Part shown: piece after piece, positions 62,701 through 64,000 of the stretch | Numbering within the stretch: position 1 is the first letter of the stretch | How the letters are laid out: each line of letters opens with the position of its first letter | From: Sphaerodactylus townsendi | Lineage: Eukaryota | DNA: 64,000 nucleotides | NCBI RefSeq assembly: GCF_021028975.2 | Contig: NC_059426.1 | Span: forward strand, 74,152,001-74,216,000 | Direction of reading: 5' to 3' | The notes under the pieces: model-generated | Seen by the model: only the letters and a program-made list of their open reading frames with translations | Told to the model about the DNA's origin: nothing | Database searches by the model: none | Translations under genes and position numbers: made by a program

Positions 62701-63789
62701 GTTTGCTTCCTATTTGGGTGGAAAGGCAACTTAGAAATGTTTTAAAGGAATAAATTAAAAAAACATGGAGAAAAATATTCTGCCCCTTTGTCAAAGGTTC
62801 TATCTGCATAAATGAGCAGATGAAGTTTTTCTTGGTATGGAGGTACATAACATCACTTGCTAAGGATAATTCCATTAATTCTCTGTTAAGGAAGAAGGAC
62901 GTATTTTCTCTAGGTTGGTGGCAACCCTATGGAGACTGTTAGGAACAAATGTACATCAGTATGTGAGACGGGAGTGGAGTGGGGTGGAGTGGGGTGGGGT
63001 GGGGTGGGGTGTGGGGTGGATAAGGCAAATCACGTCATTCTCTTTTACAAGTTGCTAGTAGAAGAGGGAGCACGAGGGATTTCAGCCAGTCCTTCCTCCT
63101 CATCCTCATGGCAGTATCACATGCTGTGGTGTATTTTCAGGACAAACTATAAGTTACTGGGGTAAGGAAAGATCTGTGGCCTACTTTTTTGAACTTTTCT
63201 GCTGGATTGAAGCCATTGAAGGTACAAGAAAGAAGTCTGTTAGACAACAGAAAATGAAATGCATACACCAAAAGCATAAAACTTCCTGAAACAGTTATGG
63301 GAGCAACAGTTCTGATTAATTTTGGAACAGTATGTCCTTAATTAAGAAAGACTGGAATCTCTCGTATGGCAACAATTGTCAGATGAGAAAGTCTTGCTAA
63401 AGTGATTGTGTGCTAAGTGCAAGAGCTGTAGTTGAAAGTCTCTTTTGTCAATCAAAGCTGCATTAACTGCCCTAATCAAATTATACCTTTCTACACAGAT
63501 CTCTAGTCTTGTTGTCTTATTTTGAAGCAATCGGAAGGATAAATATTTTACTTGCCGATAAATAACTAGGGAAATGCTGTGCAGTCGCCAGCCTCCAGGT
63601 GGTGGCTGGAGATTTCCCACTATTGCAACTGATCTCCAGATATCAGAGATCAATTCAACAGTATAAAATTACCACTTTTGGGTCATTATACCCCAATGAA
63701 GTCCATCCCCTCCCTACATTCCACTATCCTCAGCGTCCACTCCCCAAATCTCTGGGTATTTCCCAATCCAGAGCTGATAAGTCTGGCTA

Positions 63790-63985
63790 GAAGAAGAGTT
63801 GGATTTATATCCCCCTTATTCTCCTATAGGAGACTCAAAGGGGCTACAAACTCCTTTCCCTTCCCACCACACAACAAACACCCAGTGAAGTAGGTGGGGC
63901 TGAGAGAGCTCAGAAGAACTGTGACTAGTCCAAGGTCACCCAGCTGGCGTGTGTTGGAGTTAGATCTTCCACCACGCTCTAATGG
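63790..63985 (-). mobile_element. Squam3-like SINE
   Basis: Matches the 37371 copy; aga-repeat tail. Confidence 0.75.
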
Positions 63986-64000
63986 GGGGTGGGAGAGGTA

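Noticed and set aside
62660-62875. YLH-containing ORF as the last exon of an upstream FADS paralog
   Set aside because: No SLK.SG..W motif and no suitable acceptor.

Overview
Vertebrate genomic DNA from a squamate reptile, most likely a gecko, judged from Squam3-like SINEs, 5S-derived SINEs, CR1, L2, BovB and Penelope elements. The window holds one complete protein-coding gene. It is a 12-exon FADS1-like front-end fatty acyl-CoA desaturase on the minus strand (ATG 40177 to TGA 4489, 1362 nt CDS, 453 aa). I assembled it by hand from splice sites, because the ORF track misses most exons. The HPGG heme motif and all three His boxes are intact (HDLGH, HNQHH, QIEHH). Residues around the boxes are unusually divergent, intron 4 has a GC donor, and the promoter lacks a CpG island, which points to a specialised paralog. 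The rest is transposon-derived. It includes a full-length ~6 kb L1 with an 18-bp TSD inside a Gypsy relic whose inverted duplicate still carries the empty target site, a Tc2/pogo-like element nested in a Harbinger MITE, and two solo LTRs with 5-bp TSDs. It also includes Helitron-like copies, palindromic MITEs, two Penelope ends carrying decayed hammerhead ribozyme cores on the pre-mRNA strand, a higher-order minisatellite and a 183-N gap. There is no CRISPR or prokaryotic system. All family names come from motif recognition, not database searches.
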